Origin: a virus
Reading direction: 5' to 3' (one strand)
Virus record (IMG/VR): IMGVR_UViG_3300009320_000008
Location: 16,339-80,338 of that record
DNA length: 64,000 nt
Position 1 is the first letter of the stretch, and the number at the start of each line of letters is the position of its first letter. A model generated the notes under the pieces. That model was given only the letters and a program-made list of their open reading frames with translations, searched no databases and was not told where the DNA came from. Made by a program: the position numbers and the translations under genes. Positions 1-8,623 of the stretch are shown piece after piece.

Positions 1-5
1 ATTAA

Positions 6-2636
6 TCATAATTTATATTCCTTTGTTTCATACCAACTTGCGTTTATAGGGGCTACCTCATGTTCTATCTCCAAAGGTACGTTGATCCACGGAAAAACTT
101 TTCTGACCTCTACGGTCCCAAAATGATCGATAGTTTCTATCACCCGTTTTAATTCTGACGGATGTGTATTATGTATCATACAGTCATGTATTTGTCCCAT
201 CAACTTACTTTTCCATGATTCTTCTTTGGCAGTTCTAACAACCTGTATAATAGTCCACAGAAGAATATGGAATGCCGTTCCCTGTGTTTGATAGTTCGTA
301 CATTGGTTATAGGTCATATAGCCTTGGAATCTGAATCCCATATGACTATCGATGAATCCCATTGACCTGTATTCTTCGTTGATCTCGTCTTTCCATTTAT
401 TATACGTAGGAAAGCGTTCGTTCCAAAATTTGTTTTCGTACTTTTGGCAGTGGTCTACAAATGAATCAAAGCTTACAATTCGCATCCGAGTCATATGGTC
501 TTTGACTCTGTATCCCTCCCGAATTTCAAGATCCATACAGTTTTCCCACAATGTTTTGGCGCATTCTTTATACCATGATCCATAAAACTGTGGGAATACC
601 CAACAATTCTTACTATAAAATCGGATCATCTTTGTAACTTCGTCCAAAGCGAGAATCCAAATGTCGGATGCTGTATCTCTATGCATGTCGGTATTGGGAT
701 CTGTTACATATTTGATAAGGGCAGGGTCTTTATGGTAGCAACAACTCGTGCCGACCTCTACTCCACTGAAATCACTCTCTACAATTTGAAATCCTTCATA
801 AGGCATGATGCCGGATCGTGTTAGTTTCTTTGCTTCTGGATCACGTTTTGGAATGTTTTGTTGATTCGGGTCATAACTTGAGGATCGAAAGCTGACCGGG
901 ATATTTAGGGCTATTGATGGGTGCATGACACCATTTATGGATGCTTCCAAGAATTGATTGGGATAGGATATAACCTTACCCCATCTCCTTAGCCTTAAAA
1001 CATTCCGTGTAAATTTGATGTTGATCTTTTTTAGGACTTCCTCATCGATTGACCAGTTCCCCTTATCTGTCTCCTTTGTTGGGGTGTGTTTAAGAATGTC
1101 GAACAGGATGATTTTCAAATGAGTTGGAGATATATCTTTCTCAACCTTTAAATTTTTTCCCGTATGCTCGTAGAAAAGAATTGCTTCCTCACTTTCCTCA
1201 AGGTCTTTTTTTACCTTCTTCATCTTTTCCACAAGATCGAGAATGGTTTTTGAATAGTATTCCGTGTCAGTAGGAATTCCGTTCATTTCCACGTCTGCGA
1301 GGGCAAGCGTACCTTCATGAAACAAGTCGTATGCCTCATAAAAGCCGGGGTTTTGCTCAAATATTGGAGTTTGACGATCAGCTAACCACAATTCATAGAG
1401 AGAATCCTTTCCCCCATACTTTAGTAATGAGTCAAGAGGACAGTCCATAATTGTATTGAACGCTTCTCCTGACTTAGCTTTCAGATAGGGATTTACAATT
1501 TGATTGTATGGAAACAATCCAAAGTTTAACATGATTTGAAAGTCAAGGGAGGTGATGCCTGATCTGTTGTCAATGATATGGGAGGCCAACATTGTATCCC
1601 ACTCCCATTCTTGAACTTCAACATCGAGGATCATCTTACTCCAAATATGTTCGAACTTGATATTTTGAGCTATCTTGGAAATATTTTTGGCTTCAAGGAT
1701 TTGACACCACAGGTCTTTAATTTGGTTTTGCTCATCCTGTGTGAAATGTCCTGCGTATTGATATGGAAATGACCATGCTGTTTTTTCGCCATTCGTTCCA
1801 GTGCAAGCAACACTTATGGTTGCTATTTTATGTCCTGGAATGTATGGTTTTATTCCAGTAGTCTCATAATCGAAAACAATCTCCGATTTATACCATAAAA
1901 TATGATTAAGGATATCTATGACTTCATCGAATTTGTATAGGATACGAATGTCTTCCTCTGGCAGTTCTGGAATCTTATCTCCCTTTCTTACAAAGTCAAG
2001 GGCATAGTCCAGATCCCTTTCGAAAACTGACAGAAGGTTTTTGTTATTTTCATCACGAGAAGGATAAGAAGGATGAAACAAGGGCATTACCCATGCATTA
2101 AAACGTTTGTCGGGAATACGAAACCCTCTCCATTTTGTGATATTAAGATGCTTCCCTTCCATTTCTTCTGCATACAGGGATTTTAAAGCTACACCTCCAA
2201 ACACAAATATATATTCCGGTTTTAGCTTTTCTATTGTGTCAAACACTTTGGGACGGCAACAGGCTATTTCGTTATCGGTAGGAGTTCGATTCTTTTTCGT
2301 ACCTGGAGTTTTGCCTTCCTCCCAAGGCCAGCAACTAATTGCATTGACTTTCCAGAAATCTTTGTCCAGATTGTAACCCCTCATCCTGAGCTTCTTTCTG
2401 AACCATTGTCCTATCTCTCCTTTCAACTGTTCTCCGAGTTCGTCTTCCGTTCCACCACTTGCTTCGAGAAGGATTAAAGTCTTTAGTTTTCCTTCACCTG
2501 TTACTTCCATTTTTGGGGAGAAGCATGTTCTATACAGACCACATTCAAGGCACTTCGGCCCGTCACTTGTAGCCCGAAAGTCAACACGGGTCTGGTCTTG
2601 CATTTCTTCAAGATCAAAGAATCCGGATTGTTTCAT
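6..2636 (-). CDS. polA: Family A DNA polymerase with N-terminal family-4 uracil-DNA-glycosylase-like domain and 3'-5' exonuclease (SPO1-type architecture)
   Basis: UDG-F4 Fe-S Cys pattern (CLECGL..., ISCWP, NRTP..EIACC, FHPSY); exonuclease DYETTG; polymerase motifs DFSGVE, RFYSK..FPQFYG and QIHD. Confidence 0.95.
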   Translation of the reverse strand: MKQSGFFDLEEMQDQTRVDFRATSDGPKCLECGLYRTCFSPKMEVTGEGKLKTLILLEASGGTEDELGEQLKGEIGQWFRKKLRMRGYNLDKDFWKVNAISCWPWEEGKTPGTKKNRTPTDNEIACCRPKVFDTIEKLKPEYIFVFGGVALKSLYAEEMEGKHLNITKWRGFRIPDKRFNAWVMPLFHPSYPSRDENNKNLLSVFERDLDYALDFVRKGDKIPELPEEDIRILYKFDEVIDILNHILWYKSEIVFDYETTGIKPYIPGHKIATISVACTGTNGEKTAWSFPYQYAGHFTQDEQNQIKDLWCQILEAKNISKIAQNIKFEHIWSKMILDVEVQEWEWDTMLASHIIDNRSGITSLDFQIMLNFGLFPYNQIVNPYLKAKSGEAFNTIMDCPLDSLLKYGGKDSLYELWLADRQTPIFEQNPGFYEAYDLFHEGTLALADVEMNGIPTDTEYYSKTILDLVEKMKKVKKDLEESEEAILFYEHTGKNLKVEKDISPTHLKIILFDILKHTPTKETDKGNWSIDEEVLKKINIKFTRNVLRLRRWGKVISYPNQFLEASINGVMHPSIALNIPVSFRSSSYDPNQQNIPKRDPEAKKLTRSGIMPYEGFQIVESDFSGVEVGTSCCYHKDPALIKYVTDPNTDMHRDTASDIWILALDEVTKMIRFYSKNCWVFPQFYGSWYKECAKTLWENCMDLEIREGYRVKDHMTRMRIVSFDSFVDHCQKYENKFWNERFPTYNKWKDEINEEYRSMGFIDSHMGFRFQGYMTYNQCTNYQTQGTAFHILLWTIIQVVRTAKEESWKSKLMGQIHDCMIHNTHPSELKRVIETIDHFGTVEVRKVFPWINVPLEIEHEVAPINASWYETKEYKL

Positions 2637-2887
2637 ATTGTTTTCCTTGCATTGAATCCAAATCCAAAATGTTTTCTCGTATTTGTTTTAATCACTTTTA
2701 TTCCCATATATGAATATGGGGGAATTGGTAGTTGAGGATACCCGCCTTGGGCTTTTAGTCGCTTAAGCCATGGAACGAAAATATTGTATTCGACTTCTCC
2801 TAAGTATATAATTTCCGGAGTTCCATTAACTTTCATAGCTTCCGCTATTTTTTCAACAAATGCCAATTCCTTATTGGTTTGTTTCAT
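2633..2887 (-). CDS. hypothetical protein
   Basis: Tiles with neighbours via 4-nt overlaps. Confidence 0.6.
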   Translation of the reverse strand: MKQTNKELAFVEKIAEAMKVNGTPEIIYLGEVEYNIFVPWLKRLKAQGGYPQLPIPPYSYMGIKVIKTNTRKHFGFGFNARKTI

Positions 2888-3177
2888 ATCTCACCTGTGT
2901 CTACAAACTTTTGGAGGATCGGAATCAGTTCTTTTACTTGATCTCTGGATAAATGCATACGTGTAGTCAAAAGAACGTCTTTTGGGATTGTGTATTTTGC
3001 CCATCCCGTCCCATTTGGTATGATTTTTGATGCCATAATTTGAGGATTGGCATCATCGATTCCAAACCATATTGCATCTTCAGTGGCAAGACTGCTTTTT
3101 TGAAGGGAATAGTTATTCTCATACAAGTCCACCATTTCGTAAAGAGCAAATCCTCTTTCCGTGTATTTCTTTTTCAT
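2884..3177 (-). CDS. hypothetical protein
   Basis: GGAG RBS before MKKKYTERGF; overlaps flanking genes by 4 nt. Confidence 0.6.
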   Translation of the reverse strand: MKKKYTERGFALYEMVDLYENNYSLQKSSLATEDAIWFGIDDANPQIMASKIIPNGTGWAKYTIPKDVLLTTRMHLSRDQVKELIPILQKFVDTGEI

Positions 3178-3665
3178 ACTATACACTCCCTTTGTGACCA
3201 TAGAAAAGGCTTGGTGTCTTTTGATAAATATAATGGATGATGGGGATGTCCATTTTTTGTTTCAGCCAAACAATATATATCAAGATTAAGAAGGTCTAAT
3301 ACTTGTTCATCCCGATCCATATGCTCTCCATTTGTTCCCCATGCTGCTATTACAAGATCGGAAGTCATGCATACACTTTGCAAGATGATATCATTATCTG
3401 GACCTATTGGATCAGGTTCTTTCATCATGCCTTCAGGTTTAGTGGACCTAAATGCAAACAGATTTACCATAGCGATTTCGTTGTACCCCCATGCTTTAGC
3501 AAATCCAATACAGACACTAATGGTATTATCGTCAATATTTTCATCGGCTTTACTTGGATTTAATCCAATAAAGGTCACTCTTTTTGTAGGAAAGAGACTT
3601 TCCCACCGGCGGTGAAGAACGTACCTATACTTCCTATCTGGAGAGAAGCTTGCAGATTTATGCAT
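3174..3665 (-). CDS. DUF1643 family protein
   Basis: YRYVLHRRW, FIGLNPSKAD, NLFAFRST, AAWG, PHHPLY motifs. Confidence 0.9.
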   Translation of the reverse strand: MHKSASFSPDRKYRYVLHRRWESLFPTKRVTFIGLNPSKADENIDDNTISVCIGFAKAWGYNEIAMVNLFAFRSTKPEGMMKEPDPIGPDNDIILQSVCMTSDLVIAAWGTNGEHMDRDEQVLDLLNLDIYCLAETKNGHPHHPLYLSKDTKPFLWSQRECIV

Positions 3666-3915
3666 CCTCCACCTTCAGTCCTGGAAGTTTGTACATGTCA
3701 ATACCGTGAGGAAGAACGAGGATTTTACAATCCTCTGGCAGAACACCTTTCCATTGATCTGTTATCATGGTCCTTTGTTCGTCTTCCATTTCGATAAAAT
3801 GGTTATATAAATCGTGGTCTTTGAATTTTACAACAACCACATCCCCCGGCTTCGCCATCAAACGTTTTACTTGAATGACCACGTCCTCAATCGCTTTTTG
3901 TTTGTCCATCAGCAA
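3658..3915 (-). CDS. hypothetical protein
   Basis: Operon tiling. Confidence 0.55.
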   Translation of the reverse strand: MLMDKQKAIEDVVIQVKRLMAKPGDVVVVKFKDHDLYNHFIEMEDEQRTMITDQWKGVLPEDCKILVLPHGIDMYKLPGLKVEDA

Positions 3916-4174
3916 TTTCCTTTAATTTAAATAGGTATGCGTAATCATCTCCCATTTTACGTGTCATAATTTTTGCACATTCGGAACATAAAGACATAGC
4001 TCCTATTCCTAATCCCTTATGCATTTCTTTTTTTTCGACAGCGAAATACACAGGGGAATTTTCACAACGTTTCATAGGACGAGGACCGAGAGTCATAAAT
4101 GATCCCATACGTTGTTCGGCTTGACATTGTTCTGGATCAATAGGTTCAACTTCTTGGATATTTAAGTCTTCCAT
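3887..4174 (-). CDS. hypothetical protein (Cys-containing)
   Basis: Operon tiling. Confidence 0.55.
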   Translation of the reverse strand: MEDLNIQEVEPIDPEQCQAEQRMGSFMTLGPRPMKRCENSPVYFAVEKKEMHKGLGIGAMSLCSECAKIMTRKMGDDYAYLFKLKEIADGQTKSD

Positions 4175-4175
4175 T

Positions 4176-5204
4176 TTACCCTACCATTGCCATAAGTATG
4201 TGTTTGAAATTGTCGGATTGAAACAGAACACGTTTTCGATCAGGAGAAATAATAACCTCCACGGCTTTTTCGAGTACTTGAGAAAGGAATTCGGCATTCA
4301 TTCCGACTTCAATTGCCTCCCCTTTATAATCGATATCCAATTCTTTCTCGATCCACTCCCTTCTTTCATTTGTTGTGTACGAACAAATAAGTTTTCCCTC
4401 TGCCAATTTTATAATCACTCCCTTTGGATCATCTTCTCTCTTTATGATCGTAACGGTTTTGATCGCCTCCTTCAATTCTTTCCCCGGCAGAAGAAGTTTG
4501 TCTCCTTCAAACGATTTGAAGAATGGAGAATAGTCAGGGAACTGACCGACTATTTTCCGTGTACTGAAGTTCAATCCGTCCTCTGTTCTAAAATGAATCC
4601 ACGATTTGGATTGTGACACTTCGGTCACATAGTAGTTTGATATGTCCGGAGCAACAATGGCTTTGAGGAAGAAAGACTCCGTAATCTCTTTTGTCATCCT
4701 GAATTGGCTTACTCTCGTTCGATCCCCGGCATAAAGCATGTTGCCGATAGCATAAACACAGGTGGCGGTACCAAGTGACGCGTCCGAAGATGCCGAGAAT
4801 GAACTGAGAAAAGCTCCTTCAACAAAGTCCTCTGGCAGAGGATGCCATTCTCCTTCGGCGGCCTGGTCTTTTATGGTCTGGATGCTTTCTGCGAGTTCAT
4901 CTTCCTGCATCGTTCTGATTCCGGCTTTGATCGCTTTTCCTTCGATCTTGATACTTTTGCCGTCTTGTTTGACTTCGATAGTAGGAGAAGACATGTTCGA
5001 CACCAGTCCGAAAAACTTATCGGCGGATATGCTGAAACCGAAATCAGTTTCGTATGGAAATGAAACCAGAACTTTGTCATTGAAAGTGACAACATCCTTT
5101 CCTGTGAACATAAAGTGGGACATCTGTTCGACCACTTTGGTTTTGGCAAGCCCGGGTTTAAGGGCTGTTAGTATGTCCTTTAGCTCCTGCCGTATTAGTA
5201 GCAT
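4176..5204 (-). CDS. dnaN: DNA polymerase III beta-like sliding clamp
   Basis: About 340 aa; GQFPDYSPFF and EVGMNAEFL motifs; C-terminal HILMAM; start moved to ATG at 5204 behind GGAGG. Confidence 0.85.
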   Translation of the reverse strand: MLLIRQELKDILTALKPGLAKTKVVEQMSHFMFTGKDVVTFNDKVLVSFPYETDFGFSISADKFFGLVSNMSSPTIEVKQDGKSIKIEGKAIKAGIRTMQEDELAESIQTIKDQAAEGEWHPLPEDFVEGAFLSSFSASSDASLGTATCVYAIGNMLYAGDRTRVSQFRMTKEITESFFLKAIVAPDISNYYVTEVSQSKSWIHFRTEDGLNFSTRKIVGQFPDYSPFFKSFEGDKLLLPGKELKEAIKTVTIIKREDDPKGVIIKLAEGKLICSYTTNERREWIEKELDIDYKGEAIEVGMNAEFLSQVLEKAVEVIISPDRKRVLFQSDNFKHILMAMVG

Positions 5205-6204
5205 TCTCCGCCTCCTTCTCTTTAAATACATTTCTGTATTCACTTTTGTGGTAATAAGAAACCATTCGTAACCATTCTATATTATGCTCATTATAAAGAG
5301 CATTTATTTCATTGTTGCGGACCCCTACCCCTGCACTGTACAACTTCATAGTGTCAGTACCACCAGATTTTATCATTGATACAGGTTTGGGAGGGGGAGC
5401 GAATAAATCATATGATTGAGGGATTGTAAAGGAAAAGGGCCACGGATCAAGATTTATCATAACCGCTATAAAATATCTTGAATTGAGTTTGTCCCTCAAA
5501 TAGAAGTTATTACACAGTCCTTCCTTGACTTTCGTTTCCTCATCATCTTCCCATGTCGATTCGCCTATTTCAAATCCGCATGACTCGAAATAAGCCGTTA
5601 CTCTTTCCCGTTCCATGGGGGATAATGTTTCATAGTGTCCAAAGTCTTCTTTTTTATGGGGGGAGCGTGATGATATTTCGATTCTAACAGGAGCTTTTTT
5701 GTAATCGAACCTTCCATCTACGCATCTGGGAGTTAAAATGATGCCCATCCTACTTGTTGTCAACCATGTTGAACTGTCAACCGACCACCATGGATAACGC
5801 ATAATTAATTCCGTGGTTGTGAATCCCATGCCGTGGAACTTGGCAATGGGCATTCCATCATCATCTGTGAGAAAGTCTGACCAAATCATATCAAGGTTTT
5901 TAATTCTTACGGATGTTGAAAGCTCAGTCAAAGCTCCAATACCTACATAATCCGAATCGGCAAGATACTTGGCAAGGTACTTGATAGGAGAAGCCGCATG
6001 ATATACAGGCATGGGATCAAGTCCTGCTTCCTTCATGATCCTGAAGTTTTGCCAACTGGCTTCTCCATCTCCTATAACATCTAAGCTAACGTAATCGTCC
6101 AACAGATGTTTATGGTCGTGAAGGAATTGAATATAAACATCAAGGTCAAGGGTCTCACCTTTCCGCCATGCAGAATAAGCCCCGGAATCAAGCATAACCT
6201 TCAT
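5158..6204 (-). CDS. dpdA: DpdA-like deazaguanine DNA transglycosylase (TGT-like fold)
   Basis: LDSGAYS, LDVIGD, PVYH, YVGIG, KFHGMG and WSVDSSTW motifs; adjacent to que genes. Confidence 0.85.
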   Translation of the reverse strand: MKVMLDSGAYSAWRKGETLDLDVYIQFLHDHKHLLDDYVSLDVIGDGEASWQNFRIMKEAGLDPMPVYHAASPIKYLAKYLADSDYVGIGALTELSTSVRIKNLDMIWSDFLTDDDGMPIAKFHGMGFTTTELIMRYPWWSVDSSTWLTTSRMGIILTPRCVDGRFDYKKAPVRIEISSRSPHKKEDFGHYETLSPMERERVTAYFESCGFEIGESTWEDDEETKVKEGLCNNFYLRDKLNSRYFIAVMINLDPWPFSFTIPQSYDLFAPPPKPVSMIKSGGTDTMKLYSAGVGVRNNEINALYNEHNIEWLRMVSYYHKSEYRNVFKEKEAENATNTAGAKGHTNSP

Positions 6205-6206
6205 AG

Positions 6207-6416
6207 TTACCTCTTATCTTGTAATTCATTATGGAGATTAATTCCGGGGTTTGGGCAGTCCCCATTGTTTCTAATGTCAGCCCATGACCATGGTTCCTCT
6301 CCGGTCACATGAAGAAGAAATCTTATCTCCCCTTCTGGTAATTCAAGATGGTTTGTGTCTCTAAGAATCTTTTGGACCTTGTCTGAAATATCTCTTTTTT
6401 GTGCTACAGAAAACAT
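6207..6416 (-). CDS. hypothetical protein
   Basis: GAGGGGG RBS; operon tiling. Confidence 0.6.
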   Translation of the reverse strand: MFSVAQKRDISDKVQKILRDTNHLELPEGEIRFLLHVTGEEPWSWADIRNNGDCPNPGINLHNELQDKR

Positions 6417-6486
6417 GTTGCCCCCTCATGTTGTTCATATTAGCATATTATAGCGATTACCGGCCATATAAGACAGTAAATAACGA

Positions 6487-6548
6487 CTCGAAACAAAAAC
6501 GCATAGTAAGGCATGCCCTAAAATTCGAACGTCTTAAAACGCACTACA
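6487..6548. repeat. Dispersed repeat; near-identical copy at about 26031-26090
   Basis: catagtaag(g/a)catgccctaaaattcgaacgtcttaaa is shared by both copies. Confidence 0.85.
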
Positions 6549-6777
6549 GAAGCTTTTTTCCATGCTCACATAAAGTTGGAATGTTTTTACTTATATCAAG
6601 TAAGGATGTTGATGTCTGATCGAAAGCTTTAAAAAGAACAGGAGAAATCTTTGAATCAGGATCTATCATTCGTATCCCCAAATACATCCGAAGGAGTCTT
6701 AACGCTTCCTGATCAATTGAATTGATTACATTCTCCATTTGCTCGTAAACATTCTCGTCGGTTATTTCTTCTGTCAT
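6544..6777 (-). CDS. hypothetical protein
   Basis: GGAGGA RBS before MTEEI; TAATG coupling. Confidence 0.55.
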   Translation of the reverse strand: MTEEITDENVYEQMENVINSIDQEALRLLRMYLGIRMIDPDSKISPVLFKAFDQTSTSLLDISKNIPTLCEHGKKLL

Positions 6778-7040
6778 TATTCCTCCAATTTTTGTTCGGC
6801 CATAATCCTGCAAGCGCAGATTAATACCATTGCAATAATGACATCCTCATGAACTATTTTTCGTCCTTTTTCAATATCGCAAACCTCACTGGGCTTTAGG
6901 CCAACAGCCCCTCCTAATTTACGAAAGGTAATCCTTGCTTTTGTTCTTGCAGCTTTTAGGACTGCCTTAGGATCGTTTTCTTCTCCAGGAGACAATTCAT
7001 CTCCAATATCGTCAATTATTATTTCAAGTTGGTCTGTCAT
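6777..7040 (-). CDS. XRE-family helix-turn-helix protein
   Basis: LKAARTKARITFRKLGGAVGLKPSEVCDIEKG. Confidence 0.75.
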   Translation of the reverse strand: MTDQLEIIIDDIGDELSPGEENDPKAVLKAARTKARITFRKLGGAVGLKPSEVCDIEKGRKIVHEDVIIAMVLICACRIMAEQKLEE

Positions 7041-7048
7041 TATTCCTC

Positions 7049-7720
7049 CTATAATTTATACCCGTGTTTCATCAAGGCCCGAAAAGTTTCCATCCGGCGT
7101 TGTTCGTCATACCCTCCCGCTAACATCTTTTCCAGATAAACAGGAATCTTATCGTATTCAAGGATCGGGTTTTCATACTCCTCAACGATGTCATTGTTAG
7201 TCAATGCTACCCACCGTCTGAAACAGGCAGTACACTGTCCGCAAGGCTTTTCAGTTTCAGCATAACAGCTACGGGTAGACAGGAGTTTTTCGTAACGAGG
7301 ATCGTGAACGTTGTCACAGTACCATTTTACCATGTTTGTTTTGGTCATTTCAGTGAATGGAGAATATACCTTAAAATCGAACATAAAACTCATTTGGGTC
7401 ATGAATCTGTGTGTCCTGTCGGGAATGTCCATCTCCCCTTTTTGGACAACGAGAACAACAACAGGAGCAGTATCTTTAACAGCATGTTTTGCTGCAATGA
7501 GGACAAGAAAGGCGTTCCTGTATGGGATGTTTGCGTCCGGCTCTTCCCAATCGCCGAGAAACAAACGATCCTCAATTATCGTATCGGGAACAAGACGTAT
7601 CACCTGATCGTGTTCAAATTTGGCATACCGATGCCCTATATCCACGTAAATGGTCTGAGGCTTTTCAAGGTAGTGCCATGCAATGTAGCTGTCCAGTCCT
7701 CCACTGAATAAAAGTATCAT
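7049..7720 (-). CDS. queC: QueC-like 7-cyano-7-deazaguanine synthase (stand-alone)
   Basis: PP-loop SGGLDS, IPYRN, and Zn site SCY...PCGQCTAC. Confidence 0.85.
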   Translation of the reverse strand: MILLFSGGLDSYIAWHYLEKPQTIYVDIGHRYAKFEHDQVIRLVPDTIIEDRLFLGDWEEPDANIPYRNAFLVLIAAKHAVKDTAPVVVLVVQKGEMDIPDRTHRFMTQMSFMFDFKVYSPFTEMTKTNMVKWYCDNVHDPRYEKLLSTRSCYAETEKPCGQCTACFRRWVALTNNDIVEEYENPILEYDKIPVYLEKMLAGGYDEQRRMETFRALMKHGYKL

Positions 7721-7968
7721 GATTCCCCCTTGGGTATAAATATGTAATTTTCAGGAACAAACAAAAACGGATGATCATTAGGATGTTCTCGGCATAGTAT
7801 CACCGCATAGAATTCGCAAGGACCATCAACAAGTCCAGGACGCTTGCCTTCCTTTAACATCTGACAGGCCTCCTCAAATATTTTCCACAATTCTTCTTTT
7901 TTGGTATGATAATGACCTTCTGAATAGTACTTTCCAGACTGTTTGAAATAGGTTATTGAAACTTTCAT
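7717..7968 (-). CDS. hypothetical protein
   Basis: RBS; operon tiling. Confidence 0.6.
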   Translation of the reverse strand: MKVSITYFKQSGKYYSEGHYHTKKEELWKIFEEACQMLKEGKRPGLVDGPCEFYAVILCREHPNDHPFLFVPENYIFIPKGES

Positions 7969-7970
7969 AA

Positions 7971-8309
7971 TTATTCCTCTATAAAATCCACAAGTCTTTT
8001 TTCACTTCCGTCAGGGAATTTCACCCACAGAAACTTTAAAAAACTATAGTAGGCATCCACATTCCCACCACAATCAAAGTATTCATTAGGATATTCCCAA
8101 ATGTCTCTACAAACATCTTTAACCTGATCCATTGAAACTATCTTTTCAAATGTGATCTCCGATCCAAATATCTGACATTCATTCTGCTTTTTAATTGGTC
8201 GGATTTCAAAGAGTAAACCACCATAGTAATCGGCTATCTCCGAGATACCTGCGTCTTCACCTGCGGGACTTCCATCCAATATATGATAGTTTAAAATTTG
8301 GTTGCTCAT
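7971..8309 (-). CDS. hypothetical protein
   Basis: GGAGGAGG RBS before MSNQI. Confidence 0.55.
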   Translation of the reverse strand: MSNQILNYHILDGSPAGEDAGISEIADYYGGLLFEIRPIKKQNECQIFGSEITFEKIVSMDQVKDVCRDIWEYPNEYFDCGGNVDAYYSFLKFLWVKFPDGSEKRLVDFIEE

Positions 8310-8623
8310 ACCTCCTCCATCCTGCATGAGTCATTATCAATATAAAGATCGGCTCGAAACTTTCCCATAATTAGGTAATGAAACATGACTTCGTGTTCCA
8401 TAAGCCATTCTAAGGTCGATTTATATCCCTCCCAAGGACGGGCGGTATAAATGACAACATTATTGTATTTGGCAAGGTTGTTAACCTTGTCTATATTCTC
8501 TTTGATTGGAATCATTTTTGGATAGTATAAATGAAAGTCCATCCATTCTATTATTCCTTCTGGAGCTGTGCATAGGGTTTCGTCCAGATCAACAGCTATG
8601 CTTTTTCCTTTTATTTCATCCAC
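8306..8623 (-). CDS. Small HAD-superfamily phosphatase
   Basis: AVDLDETL (DxD), YTAR, GK..ADLYIDND motifs. Confidence 0.85.
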   Translation of the reverse strand: MDEIKGKSIAVDLDETLCTAPEGIIEWMDFHLYYPKMIPIKENIDKVNNLAKYNNVVIYTARPWEGYKSTLEWLMEHEVMFHYLIMGKFRADLYIDNDSCRMEEV

